Shown here: piece by piece, positions 56,320-64,000 of the stretch
Layout: each line of letters starts with the position of its first letter
Numbering within the stretch: the first letter of the stretch is position 1
Source of the DNA: a virus
Taxonomy: Duplodnaviria; Heunggongvirae; Uroviricota; Caudoviricetes
Length of the DNA: 64,000 nucleotides
Reading direction: 5' to 3' (one strand)
IMG/VR virus record: IMGVR_UViG_3300032070_000001
Span: 12,183 to 76,182 of that record
Position numbers and translations under genes: made by a program
The notes under the pieces: model-generated
Told to the model about the DNA's origin: nothing
Databases searched by the model: none
What the model saw: the letters and a program-made list of their open reading frames with translations, nothing else

Positions 56320-57981
56320 TCAGATGTCTTGGCCGCCCGGTGACACCGGAGCCAATGCCAAGCCAATATCAGCATAGACCAGGCTGTGAGCGTAGTGATC
56401 CGGTCCCGTGTTTACGTAGGTAGCGACCAAGTTCTTGTGGTCATCCTTCTCATAAGTCCGCACCAGGTTCTTGACGTGCTCGCGGTATTCCAACGAGATG
56501 TCCCGAGGCAGCAAGATGCGCGACGGCTTCGTCTTGAAGCGACCCAGGCTGCAACTGATCCAACTCGTGCGATCTACGATAGCGAACGGTGCCCCTGTCT
56601 CTTCTTCCTGAATAGCGATTTCCTTGGCCGTCTGCCCCCGCCGGTATCGCGTCAGCCATACGTAGCCCCGAAACTTCCGGGCAAAGCGGCGGGCGTCATT
56701 CACATTCGGGTCGGCATCCACCACAGCAGCCAGGACTTGCCACTCCCGCATCAGGTCCCCGAGGTAATCCCAACCATCCTCGGGAAAGTGCCCGAACCAC
56801 AGCAGCTTGGCGATAGCCGCCGAATTGATGTCGCTCCCCGGCGGCCGATCAAACAACCACTCCACCACTGAGATGTAGCCCGTCTTCCCCTGGTCCGCCC
56901 CCATCGTTATCAGCCGCGTGCCGCCTACCTGGGGTCGCGGATCGTTGATCGTATGTCCCTTGAGGCAGTTCTCCAGCATCGCATCCGTGACCTGGGCACC
57001 CTCGCCGATGAAGGGAATCCCGATCTTGCTGCAATGAAACTCCGTTGCCGCCGCCTCGTCGCCTAGACCTTGGTGGTAGGCAATCACCAACTCACCAGGC
57101 GTCACCGTGGATGAGTAAAGCTGGTTGATGTAGAAGCTCCGCCTCTCGTCCACCGAAACCTGTAGCTCGGTCGCCTTCCACTGGCCACCGGCAAGGAACT
57201 CAGGCTTCGCCGCATGTTCCAGCCGGTGCTTGCACTCCTTGCATTTAAGAAAGGACTGCTTGCAGCGTGGATCGTTGACCGACTCCCCGATGATCTCGAC
57301 GCAATCCGGCCAGATCAGTTCCGTTTGCCGGCCGCAATGCGGACACTGGAAGTAAAAGTGCTCTTGAGTGCCCGTTAGGTATAGTTTGTGGATGCCGTAC
57401 TTTGGCACGGTCGGGGTGGAGATCGCCAGGATGTGCTTTTCCACCTGGCCACTCAGGCGCTCCAACGCCAGCCACACCGCATGAATGTCCATCTCATCCA
57501 GTTCGTCCAAGATCAACTCGGACACGGGGATGGACTTCAGGTTGCTGTCACCACGGCTCCCACGGATGTACAGGACATTGCGGCCCGTCGATTTGAGCCC
57601 TACCGTGTTCGTATCGACGAACAACCCCTTGAGATAATCGCTCAGCTTCAGGGCCGTCGTAAACCGAGCCTTGGAAAAGTCGCTCGCGTTAATCGACGTG
57701 GGCAGAACGTAGAGCACGTCCCGCTTCGACTGATCGAGCACGTAAAAGGCCCGGTTGATTCCGGTCTCCGTGACGCCCATCTGGGCGGCCTTCATGGCGA
57801 TGGTCCAAGCCGCCTTACTGTCGTGAATCTCGCGGCACCACGGATGCCACAGGAAGCTGTAGTTTCCCTCAAATGGTGCCCCCATCACCCGGCGATACTC
57901 AGCCCACCGGCTGCAAGACGTAAGCGTCTTGCTTTTAAGCCCCTCGGTAATGGTGGCTTTCAGGTCCGCGAGGAGGCTCAT
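56320..57981 (-). CDS. terminase large subunit
   Basis: 553 aa. N-terminal ATPase-like region with acidic LILDELDEMD box. First gene of the structural operon. Confidence 0.75.
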   Translation of the reverse strand: MSLLADLKATITEGLKSKTLTSCSRWAEYRRVMGAPFEGNYSFLWHPWCREIHDSKAAWTIAMKAAQMGVTETGINRAFYVLDQSKRDVLYVLPTSINASDFSKARFTTALKLSDYLKGLFVDTNTVGLKSTGRNVLYIRGSRGDSNLKSIPVSELILDELDEMDIHAVWLALERLSGQVEKHILAISTPTVPKYGIHKLYLTGTQEHFYFQCPHCGRQTELIWPDCVEIIGESVNDPRCKQSFLKCKECKHRLEHAAKPEFLAGGQWKATELQVSVDERRSFYINQLYSSTVTPGELVIAYHQGLGDEAAATEFHCSKIGIPFIGEGAQVTDAMLENCLKGHTINDPRPQVGGTRLITMGADQGKTGYISVVEWLFDRPPGSDINSAAIAKLLWFGHFPEDGWDYLGDLMREWQVLAAVVDADPNVNDARRFARKFRGYVWLTRYRRGQTAKEIAIQEEETGAPFAIVDRTSWISCSLGRFKTKPSRILLPRDISLEYREHVKNLVRTYEKDDHKNLVATYVNTGPDHYAHSLVYADIGLALAPVSPGGQDI

Positions 57982-57987
57982 GGGGTC

Positions 57988-58160
57988 GCATCATGTTTTG
58001 ATGAGGTTGCACAGTCTCAGGGTCGCGTGGGCAGCGTCAGGACAAATGCAAGGTAGCGGCAAGTGCGGCGCTGGTTGCTTCGGCGTTCGCCCTAGTGCAA
58101 CCTCATGTTTCCTTCTATGTGAAGGCCGAGTGCCACCGTGTGACCTGAGACTCTGCAACC
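57988..58160. other. ORF-free region with nested inverted repeats upstream of terminase (candidate pac/cos or late promoter)
   Basis: atgaggttgcac (58000-58011) pairs with gtgcaacctcat (58094-58105). gttgcacagtctcag (58006-58018) pairs with ctgagactctgcaac (58144-58158, 1 mismatch). No credible small terminase ORF in 57982-58378. Confidence 0.4.
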
Positions 58161-58378
58161 TGTCAATCGCCTCACGTATCGTTGGTTGCTTGTCGTCAAT
58201 CGGGTCAATGCACACGAATGGCCGCGATCTCAACTGTTCTGGACTCGGGCAGGTCCTTGATCTCAGTCCGCCGTGCCCGCTCCCGCCTTCGAGGCATTGT
58301 CGTCACCTTGGGTGCCGGCTCCAACTTCGGAGGATCAGGGCAATTCCGGCAACGTCGTCTCACCATCGAACAGTGCTC

Positions 58379-58750
58379 TCAATGATGCACTCTCAAGAGC
58401 ATAGCCACAACGACATCAATGTTGTTGGTCCGCACCACTGGTTCTCCAGACACAGAGACAATGAACATCGGAACCGCGCCAACGTTGTATCGTCTTGCCA
58501 ACTCGGGATGTATGTCGATGTCCACGATCTGCACCTCCACCCCAGTCGCCTGAAGCTCCAGCAAACGTAGTTTGGCCTTCTGGCACGGAACACACCAAGT
58601 TGCAGTAAATGCGACGATTTTCGCTCGATACGGGCATGGGGCAGGTGGTTGCACAGATGGCGATGTCTCGCAACCCGCGATCAAAACCAGGGCACCCAAC
58701 AATGCCGCTAGCGGCAGGATAACAGACCGAAGAAAGGCTCGATATCTCAT
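58379..58750 (-). CDS. exported thioredoxin-fold lipoprotein (CxxC)
   Basis: Signal and lipobox LVLIAGC. Active-site-like TATWCVPCQ. Confidence 0.65.
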   Translation of the reverse strand: MRYRAFLRSVILPLAALLGALVLIAGCETSPSVQPPAPCPYRAKIVAFTATWCVPCQKAKLRLLELQATGVEVQIVDIDIHPELARRYNVGAVPMFIVSVSGEPVVRTNNIDVVVAMLLRVHH

Positions 58751-58864
58751 TTTATTCTCCGATTGTCGAATAGCTCACAAAGGCACTTGGGAGCCATTCG
58801 ACAATCGCCCCGGTCGCATATAACTGCAACCGGGACGATGGGTTGAAATGCTTGAGGCAGTTGC

Positions 58865-59278
58865 TTACAACTGCAGCACGGACGCAGAGGCAGCCTCGGG
58901 AACCGCCTGGGCCCCTTCAACCTCGACGATCTGAGCCTTGAGATAAGCCAGCCCTTCGGGGTTAGCCAACTTGGCCTTCAGCACACGCTCGTAGACCACG
59001 GCCAGTTCCTTCTCGATGGCATCACTGCCGGCCTCGACCAGCTTGGCGAGATCATGAATCTGCTCGAACATGGCTTGCAGATCGCCAAGAGCGACGGCTT
59101 CGAGGAAGTTGGGAATGCGCTGAAGGCCAGCGGCCCGCAGCTTGCCGGCGAGGACCTGAGCGGCCCGCTTCTTCTGTTGCAGCTTGGTGTTTTCACCGAA
59201 GAGCCATTTGCCGACTTCACGGCCGACCAATACGGCGAGGGCAACGGCCAGAATCCAAATCACGGTGGTGGGGTTCAT
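58865..59278 (-). CDS. membrane protein with N-terminal TM helix and coiled-coil
   Basis: MNPTTVIWILAVALAVLV... 137 aa. Confidence 0.5.
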   Translation of the reverse strand: MNPTTVIWILAVALAVLVGREVGKWLFGENTKLQQKKRAAQVLAGKLRAAGLQRIPNFLEAVALGDLQAMFEQIHDLAKLVEAGSDAIEKELAVVYERVLKAKLANPEGLAYLKAQIVEVEGAQAVPEAASASVLQL

Positions 59279-59360
59279 GTTACTACTCCAGATGCTTGTG
59301 GATGGCCGTCACGCGACAGCCGAAAGAGTCACACGACAAGAGACACGTAAGTACGTGCCG

Positions 59361-60056
59361 TTACTTCACGGCGGGATGCAGCTTCGCGTACAACTGGCGG
59401 CCGTAGCCGACCGAAAGACCACCCAGGAAACCGACCACACACAACATGGCCAGGACCCACGGTGGCAAAACACTTTCCGGCTGCGGCTGCGGCTGCGGCT
59501 CGACAATCGGAGCCTCGCCATCATCAATCGGCTGGGTATCAGGGTCCGGTTGCGGACCTGGGCTAGGTTGCGGGCAACGCCGCCACGGAATACAACGGAT
59601 ACCCTGAGCGCTATGCACGCCGCTGGCAATCGCGCCATACAGACCCTCGACCGTCATCGGAATGTTCTTCCCAGCCGCCTCGTAGACCACTTCACCGTTG
59701 GCCTTCTGCACTCGCACGGTCGGAAGGCCCTTGACATTCGAGGCGTACCGTTCCTGATACATGGGATGACCGGTCGTGACCGGGCAGAAGCGGACCTGGC
59801 TCTTGAGGGCCTTGAGGCTGGTATTGCTGTCGAACCACCCCAGCAGCCGAAGGTAGGCCGTATCGTTGGCGCTGCCCACGACGCTGATGTACCACTTGCC
59901 CTGGTCGTTCGGCAGATTGATGACACGCTCTTCGGCGAGCACGCCGTTGACCGTAGCGGTGTCCGCGAAACACGGAACCGCCGCAGCCAAGAGGCAGAGA
60001 GTCAAGAGACTCAGGAGACTCAGGAGACTCAGGAGACTCAGGAGGATGCGATTCAT
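59361..60056 (-). CDS. secreted protein with (LLS)n signal region and C-terminal TM anchor
   Basis: The N-terminal LLSLLSLLSLLSLLTLCLLAAAVP is encoded by a 9-bp tandem repeat gagactcag x4 (60003-60041). Pro-rich linker, then VLPPWVLAMLCVVGFLGGLSVGYG. Confidence 0.5.
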   Translation of the reverse strand: MNRILLSLLSLLSLLSLLTLCLLAAAVPCFADTATVNGVLAEERVINLPNDQGKWYISVVGSANDTAYLRLLGWFDSNTSLKALKSQVRFCPVTTGHPMYQERYASNVKGLPTVRVQKANGEVVYEAAGKNIPMTVEGLYGAIASGVHSAQGIRCIPWRRCPQPSPGPQPDPDTQPIDDGEAPIVEPQPQPQPESVLPPWVLAMLCVVGFLGGLSVGYGRQLYAKLHPAVK

Positions 60057-60098
60057 GGTTTTCCTCTCGAAGATAAGGGGTTGATGACTTGTTGCGAC

Positions 60099-60662
60099 TT
60101 ACTGCGGCAGGGGTGCGGCCGGCGTGTAGACCGGCGTGACCGCCCACCCGTAACTGGCCTTCCACTCGGCGATCAATGTTGCCCGAGGAACCCAAATGAA
60201 CTTGGAGACGTTGTTATTGTCGAGGATCGCGGCCCACTGGCTGTCCAAGTGGACCAGGGTGACCATGTGAGCGCCACCCATGATCGTGATCCCGCACCCG
60301 CGCCGGGTTCGACAGGCCCACTTCAGGAACCACACGTCCCCATTCGTGGTGTAGGCGTAACGGATGTTCGCCCGGTCGAGCTTGGCGGCCAGATCATCCG
60401 GCTCCTCGCCGTTGCCGTAGGTCCGCCGCCAGTAGTCCGCCGTCTTGTCTCGGCCCTGCCAGCGGAGGAGGCTAATCATCGTCGCGTGGACGCACGATCC
60501 TTGACGCTGATTGCCGACCCAGTTGCTCTGCCGCAGGGCGAGCGGTAGGTTGACGGTCGGCCGTTCGATCTTGATCGGATGGGTTCCAATCGTCGGAACA
60601 TCGCAGCCAGCCACCAACAAAACCAGTGCAACAAGAATTTGCTTCAAACCGAATTGAGACAT
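60099..60662 (-). CDS. lipoprotein with papain-fold (C39-like) peptidase domain
   Basis: Lipobox LLVAGC. QGSCVHATMISLLRW ... GGAHMVTLVHLD gives a Cys/His arrangement. Confidence 0.5.
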   Translation of the reverse strand: MSQFGLKQILVALVLLVAGCDVPTIGTHPIKIERPTVNLPLALRQSNWVGNQRQGSCVHATMISLLRWQGRDKTADYWRRTYGNGEEPDDLAAKLDRANIRYAYTTNGDVWFLKWACRTRRGCGITIMGGAHMVTLVHLDSQWAAILDNNNVSKFIWVPRATLIAEWKASYGWAVTPVYTPAAPLPQ

Positions 60663-61123
60663 GCAAATTCTCCAAAATGTTTCAATGCGGCCTCGTTATA
60701 GGCCCTTGCAGCATCACGCGAGTCGTCAAAAAGCCCTAAGTATCGCTGACGCCTGTGCAACCCGATATAGGCTCGCCACTTCCCGAGTTGTTTGTGCCAG
60801 GAAACACCCTTGAAACCCGATGCGCTATCCCTCCGCCGTCTCTGGTTTGCGGCATTCTGTCTATCAGTTGCCATCCGCAAGTTGCTTCGACAGTTATTAC
60901 ACGTATCGCGGTTGGCATGGTCAATCTTCAGATTTCCACACTTCAGGCCGCACCTTTCGGCGACGACACGGTGCATCCACACAATCTTGCGGACTTCACC
61001 TCGCTGACGCCGCGCGGCGTATTGCCCATCCACCGCAGCGTGCCACTTCCATTGCATCAGGTACTCGTAATCACAGTCGTCTACCAGTGCCTCCCTGCCT
61101 TTGGTCAACGGAATGGCTTTCAC
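60644..61123 (-). CDS. HNH-AP2 homing endonuclease (copy 3)
   Basis: GTG start (RC of 61121-61123) overlapping the upstream TAG, with GGAGG 9 nt upstream. VKAIPLTKG..., IDHANRDTCNNCRSNLR, SGFKGVSWHKQLGKWRAYIGLHRRQRYLGLFDDSRDAARAYNEAALKHFGEFA. Tabulated ORF 60644..61252 is N-extended. Confidence 0.75.
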   Translation of the reverse strand: MKAIPLTKGREALVDDCDYEYLMQWKWHAAVDGQYAARRQRGEVRKIVWMHRVVAERCGLKCGNLKIDHANRDTCNNCRSNLRMATDRQNAANQRRRRDSASGFKGVSWHKQLGKWRAYIGLHRRQRYLGLFDDSRDAARAYNEAALKHFGEFACLNSV

Positions 61124-61725
61124 TATTTCAACCTCCGAGGCTTTCGCAAGATTTTCTTGCGTCGTTCGACCCGCACCAAGCGATTCGGATTCCAACGGCT
61201 CACGTTGTCCGTCTGAAGAATACCGAGGGTTGCATGGGCGGCAGCACACCATTCCGAACAGAAGATCGAAGTAAGGTTATCAGGATGTAGCAGCGATTCG
61301 ATCCATGAAAGACCCACGCCAGCTACCCGAATCGCGCCCAACTTGTCGTAAGGAGTTCCAATCGTCCCCATCAAGAACTCGGTGAGGCGGCTGTCTTCGT
61401 CCGGGTACAAGGACCGGTAAAGCGGATAGTGCCAAACCTTGCCCTTGTAGATGTTGACGACGTGCTCCAGTTGATGGGCTTGGGTTCCCCAGAACACTTC
61501 ACCCGTGATCTCGCACGGCAGATCGTCGAGTTGCGTAGACTCGAATAGCATGAGGCGTCCGTCGTCCGCGTGCCCCATGATGCCAACGTGACCGATGCTC
61601 CAGAACGGAATGCCGTAGGTGGCGATATTAACCAGGGCACTGACCAAACAGTGACCCGAGAATCCGATGATGTCACCGGCCTTGAGTTCGTCGGGCAGGA
61701 ACGGGTTTTCCCGGTGACGGAACAT
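61123..61725 (-). CDS. permuted papain-fold (NlpC/P60-like) peptidase, candidate cell-wall hydrolase
   Basis: GDIIGFSGHCLV / GHVGIMGH (His region) precedes FCSEWCAAAH (Cys). 200 aa. Confidence 0.5.
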   Translation of the reverse strand: MFRHRENPFLPDELKAGDIIGFSGHCLVSALVNIATYGIPFWSIGHVGIMGHADDGRLMLFESTQLDDLPCEITGEVFWGTQAHQLEHVVNIYKGKVWHYPLYRSLYPDEDSRLTEFLMGTIGTPYDKLGAIRVAGVGLSWIESLLHPDNLTSIFCSEWCAAAHATLGILQTDNVSRWNPNRLVRVERRKKILRKPRRLK

Positions 61726-61876
61726 GACTGGCCTCCCGATCCGGCGTGGTCATCGTATGAATGGCTTGACTGCGGCCCGCCCGATACTTGAACTGATCGT
61801 CCGCCCAACAGTCCTCGCAGCGATCCTCACCGGGATAGGTGACCAGTTTGCCGCAAGCACACCAGACGAGTTTCAT
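61673..61876 (-). CDS. small Cys-rich zinc-ribbon protein
   Basis: MKLVWCACGKLVTYPGEDRCEDCW. Overlaps the peptidase start by about 50 nt, so one of the two starts is probably wrong. Confidence 0.35.
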   Translation of the reverse strand: MKLVWCACGKLVTYPGEDRCEDCWADDQFKYRAGRSQAIHTMTTPDREASHVPSPGKPVPARRTQGR

Positions 61877-61899
61877 GCCCTGTTGTTACCAGATGAGTT

Positions 61900-62460
61900 T
61901 CATACCCCGTTGTGACCTACCAGCGGGACTTCAGAGTTGTCGGCCTTGGAGATCGTCGCCACGATGTCGGTGATGATCCCATCGACGATCCGTTCGTAAT
62001 TCTGGATGCCCTCCAGTCGTTCGACGATGATCTGGCAGATTTGCTGGCCCACTCGAAGCACGGCGTTCCGCGCAAGCAACGCACCCAGACTCTTTTCAAT
62101 CGCGTGTGCTGATTTGACAAGACGCTCAACGGTCAAGAGCAGCGTGTTGAGCGAGCCGCAGGCCGAAATCAGGTCAGCGTCGTTCTGGATCAAGTTGAAG
62201 CGCCGCTCGATCAGCATCCGAGCCAGTGCGATCTCGTCCCGAAGCGACTTGACTTCCTCATGCTCGGCAAACTGGGCCAGCCGAGTGCTGTCCTGGGCCT
62301 TGGCAAGAAGGTACTGCCGGAGACGGCGTGCCGGGGCCTGGCTGATGCCACCGCACGCCCGGCAGTAGTCCACCCCGTCCTCCGCAACATTCTGGCACTG
62401 CCCATCGGGTTGAGAGCCTTTACAGCGGCGTGGGTCGGCTAGGTCCGTGACACGTTGCAT
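61900..62460 (-). CDS. hypothetical protein with Cys-rich N-terminus and coiled-coil
   Basis: ATG at 62458-62460 with an AGGTGAGGAG RBS. The tabulated start 62478 is a GTG inside the RBS. Confidence 0.5.
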   Translation of the reverse strand: MQRVTDLADPRRCKGSQPDGQCQNVAEDGVDYCRACGGISQAPARRLRQYLLAKAQDSTRLAQFAEHEEVKSLRDEIALARMLIERRFNLIQNDADLISACGSLNTLLLTVERLVKSAHAIEKSLGALLARNAVLRVGQQICQIIVERLEGIQNYERIVDGIITDIVATISKADNSEVPLVGHNGV

Positions 62461-62477
62461 TGCGCACTTGCTCCTCA

Positions 62478-62518
62478 CCTTATACTAGACTCCCAAAACG
62501 TCGATTTTTTCCAAATTT
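62478..62518 (-). promoter_or_regulatory. motif A copy 3, directly upstream of gene 61900..62460
   Basis: Minus-strand reading is tttggaaaaaatcgacgttttgggagtctagtataagg. Compare copy 1, ttttggaaaaaacgcgagttttgggagtcttgtatagg. Confidence 0.45.
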
Positions 62519-62540
62519 CTTCCATATTTACGACGCAACC

Positions 62541-62580
62541 CTCGGAATAGACTTCCCGTGTCCGACGTACCTTATAGTAA
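62541..62580 (+). promoter_or_regulatory. motif B copy 3 (plus orientation) upstream of gene 62717..63175
   Basis: ctcggaatagacttcccgtgtccgacgtaccttatagta, with GGAAT-N17-CGTAC spacing identical to copies 1 and 2. Confidence 0.4.
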
Positions 62581-62716
62581 CCGATCAGATACCCGCCATT
62601 GCCCGTATAAATGCCTTGATTCGCCGCGTCCAATGCAACATTTCCACCGTTCAACTCCACCCGCCAAGACGCCACCCGCCAAGACGCCACCCGGCACGCC
62701 GACCCCAAAACTCGAA

Positions 62717-63175
62717 ATGACGCAGCTTCCCATCTTTCGCGTCCATTACCACCGGCTCGAAGAATTCCTGAAAACTGTCTACCGCATGGAAGGTTTCGAC
62801 TTCCTCCGTGCCACAGGAGCCGGCCCGGGATTGGTGCCCGAGTACGTCGTTGATCCCAAGCTTCCACCCGCCCACGACGCCCAGCGACAAGCGGACGCGA
62901 TACGTGCCGGCCACCGTACCCAGAACGTCGGCCTCGTCCTCACGGTCCTCTGTCTGGACAAATTCATCCCAGCCGGACGATATATCATCGACACACGACC
63001 AGAACCTTCCGTGCTGAACCAGTACCGCGCCCTATTACAAAGAACCGGCACGCCAGAATCCCCAGAATGTGCAGCCTTCCGACAAACCCACCAACGAGAC
63101 CGAAGTTTCATCCACCAGGCCGCCGAGATCGACAACCGGGTCCTTCAAGTGCTGCGACACCCAAAGGGAAATTAA
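62717..63175 (+). CDS. hypothetical protein
   Basis: Start taken at the ATG of MTQLPIF. The longer tabulated ORF (62558) would contain motif B and a 15-bp tandem repeat (cacccgccaagacgc x2). Confidence 0.45.
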   Translation: MTQLPIFRVHYHRLEEFLKTVYRMEGFDFLRATGAGPGLVPEYVVDPKLPPAHDAQRQADAIRAGHRTQNVGLVLTVLCLDKFIPAGRYIIDTRPEPSVLNQYRALLQRTGTPESPECAAFRQTHQRDRSFIHQAAEIDNRVLQVLRHPKGN

Positions 63176-63176
63176 G

Positions 63177-63380
63177 ATGACCTACCCTTACTTCAAACCT
63201 CGACGATCCTTCATCCTCGATCTGGTCAAGAACTGCCCCGAGGCCAAGGTGGGTTTAGACGCCTGGCAAGAAGGCAAGGCGACTTTTGAAGAAGCCATGA
63301 TGACGGCCGTGCATTGGCTCTTCATGACGAATGAAGAATTGCAGCGGAAGCTGGACTTACGCCCGCTTACCGCCGAGTGA
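63177..63380 (+). CDS. hypothetical small protein
   Basis: MTYPYFKPRRSFILDLVKNCPEAKVGLDAWQEGKATFEEAMMTAVHWLFMTNEELQRKLDLRPLTAE. Confidence 0.4.
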   Translation: MTYPYFKPRRSFILDLVKNCPEAKVGLDAWQEGKATFEEAMMTAVHWLFMTNEELQRKLDLRPLTAE

Positions 63381-63391
63381 CGATCTGTAGC

Positions 63392-63691
63392 TCATCGCTT
63401 CTTTGTACTGGCCGCACGCATCTCGACTTGTATGGCTCGCGTCTCGGAGATAAGTGCAGTCATGGCCTCGCACCACGCCTGGGCATCCAAGAGCCGCAGC
63501 GAATTCTGCAAAGAGACACCTGGAAAGGTGATGCGAATATCACACCCACGTCCTGGACGATGCAACCCTATCTCTGCGTGCATCATCAGAGACTCATTCT
63601 CAAAACCTTTGAACGGTTGGGCCGTCAAACGGACACCCCAATCAAAGACCTCTCGATCAATCGTTCGTGCTTCCGTTACCCGTCGTTTCAT
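63392..63691 (-). CDS. hypothetical protein
   Basis: Internal start (M19) of ORF 63392..63745. It competes with plus-strand ORF 63377..63727. The minus frame looks more protein-like. Confidence 0.3.
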   Translation of the reverse strand: MKRRVTEARTIDREVFDWGVRLTAQPFKGFENESLMMHAEIGLHRPGRGCDIRITFPGVSLQNSLRLLDAQAWCEAMTALISETRAIQVEMRAASTKKR

Positions 63692-64000
63692 AATCGTCTC
63701 CCGGTTCCAAGTGACCAAGCGCAATAAACGGTTTGACGCGCTCACACCGCCACCGACACGGCCCTAGTTTGGCCGATAGCTTCTGAATGAGACTCAATTC
63801 TACCTCGGTATTCGTCAGGAAGCAAGATGCGCATGGAAGCCCGGTCGGCTGGAGTCTGGTCCACCTCTTCTAGGGCAACCAGTGCCCCCCGGTGTGACCG
63901 CACACTGCCCCGAGAAAACCACGGACGCACGAAGCCAACCATCGCTGACTCCCGTTGCGGCATACGACCCGCCGTTGTCTACCACGCCGCCACACGCACC

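Noticed and set aside
57929-58570. 213-aa plus ORF, or the 80-aa minus ORF 57991..58233, as the small terminase
   Set aside because: Both translations are low-complexity and lack any helix-turn-helix or oligomerisation features. The region is treated as non-coding or regulatory.
62558-62716. Longer form of the plus gene (start 62558), including the PAKTPPAKTP repeat
   Set aside because: It would place the conserved promoter-like motif B and a 15-bp tandem repeat inside the coding sequence. The ATG at 62717 is preferred.

Overview
The whole 64-kb window reads as one tightly packed, high-GC tailed-phage (siphovirus-like) genome segment, or a prophage interior. No integrase or attachment core was seen. 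Almost every gene is on the minus strand. Many adjacent genes overlap stop/start (ATGA, GTGA, TAGTG), which implies long polycistronic operons. Only two plus-strand blocks exist: 27896-31665 and 62717-63380.

Gene order, left to right. (i) Nucleotide metabolism and early genes, 1-8300: PD-(D/E)XK-like nuclease, a proline-rich lipoprotein, a SEC-C motif protein, a nucleoside-deoxyribosyltransferase (NDT)-like domain fused to an HNH-AP2 endonuclease, deoxyribose-phosphate aldolase, an HExxH membrane protease, a CxxxCxxC protein and a P-loop kinase. (ii) Replication and recombination, 8300-31700: endonuclease VII, ATP-dependent ligase, a phage sigma factor, a VRR-NUC nuclease, family-A DNA polymerase, two ParB-like proteins, two DNA methyltransferases (one frameshifted), two metallophosphoesterases, an SNF2 helicase, a P4/D5-type primase-helicase, and a DnaQ-like exonuclease. 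(iii) An island with an SPFH protein, a small basic protein and a Cys-rich protein, 31700-33240. (iv) A structural module read right to left, 57981 down to 33251: large terminase, portal, an unusual Ig-like / collagen-like / 7-bladed beta-propeller cluster, scaffold, capsid, head-tail proteins, major tail protein, a G/GT chaperone with an apparent -1 frameshift site, tape measure, and distal tail or fibre proteins including a ~1000-aa tail protein. (v) A lysis-like cassette, 58379-62460: an exported thioredoxin lipoprotein, membrane proteins and two papain-fold peptidases.

Other elements: one tRNA-Asn(GUU)-like gene with an atypical long variable region, four paralogous HNH-AP2 homing-endonuclease genes, two perfect (GAC)n microsatellites that encode poly-Asp tracts, and two families of recurring intergenic motifs. 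One motif family has ECF-sigma-type -35/-10 spacing. Together with the phage-encoded sigma factor it is the most system-like signal in the window.

All functional calls rest on motif recognition in my own translations; no database search was possible. The ORF track renders GTG starts as M. Many of its long plus-strand ORFs are GC-rich shadows of minus-strand genes.
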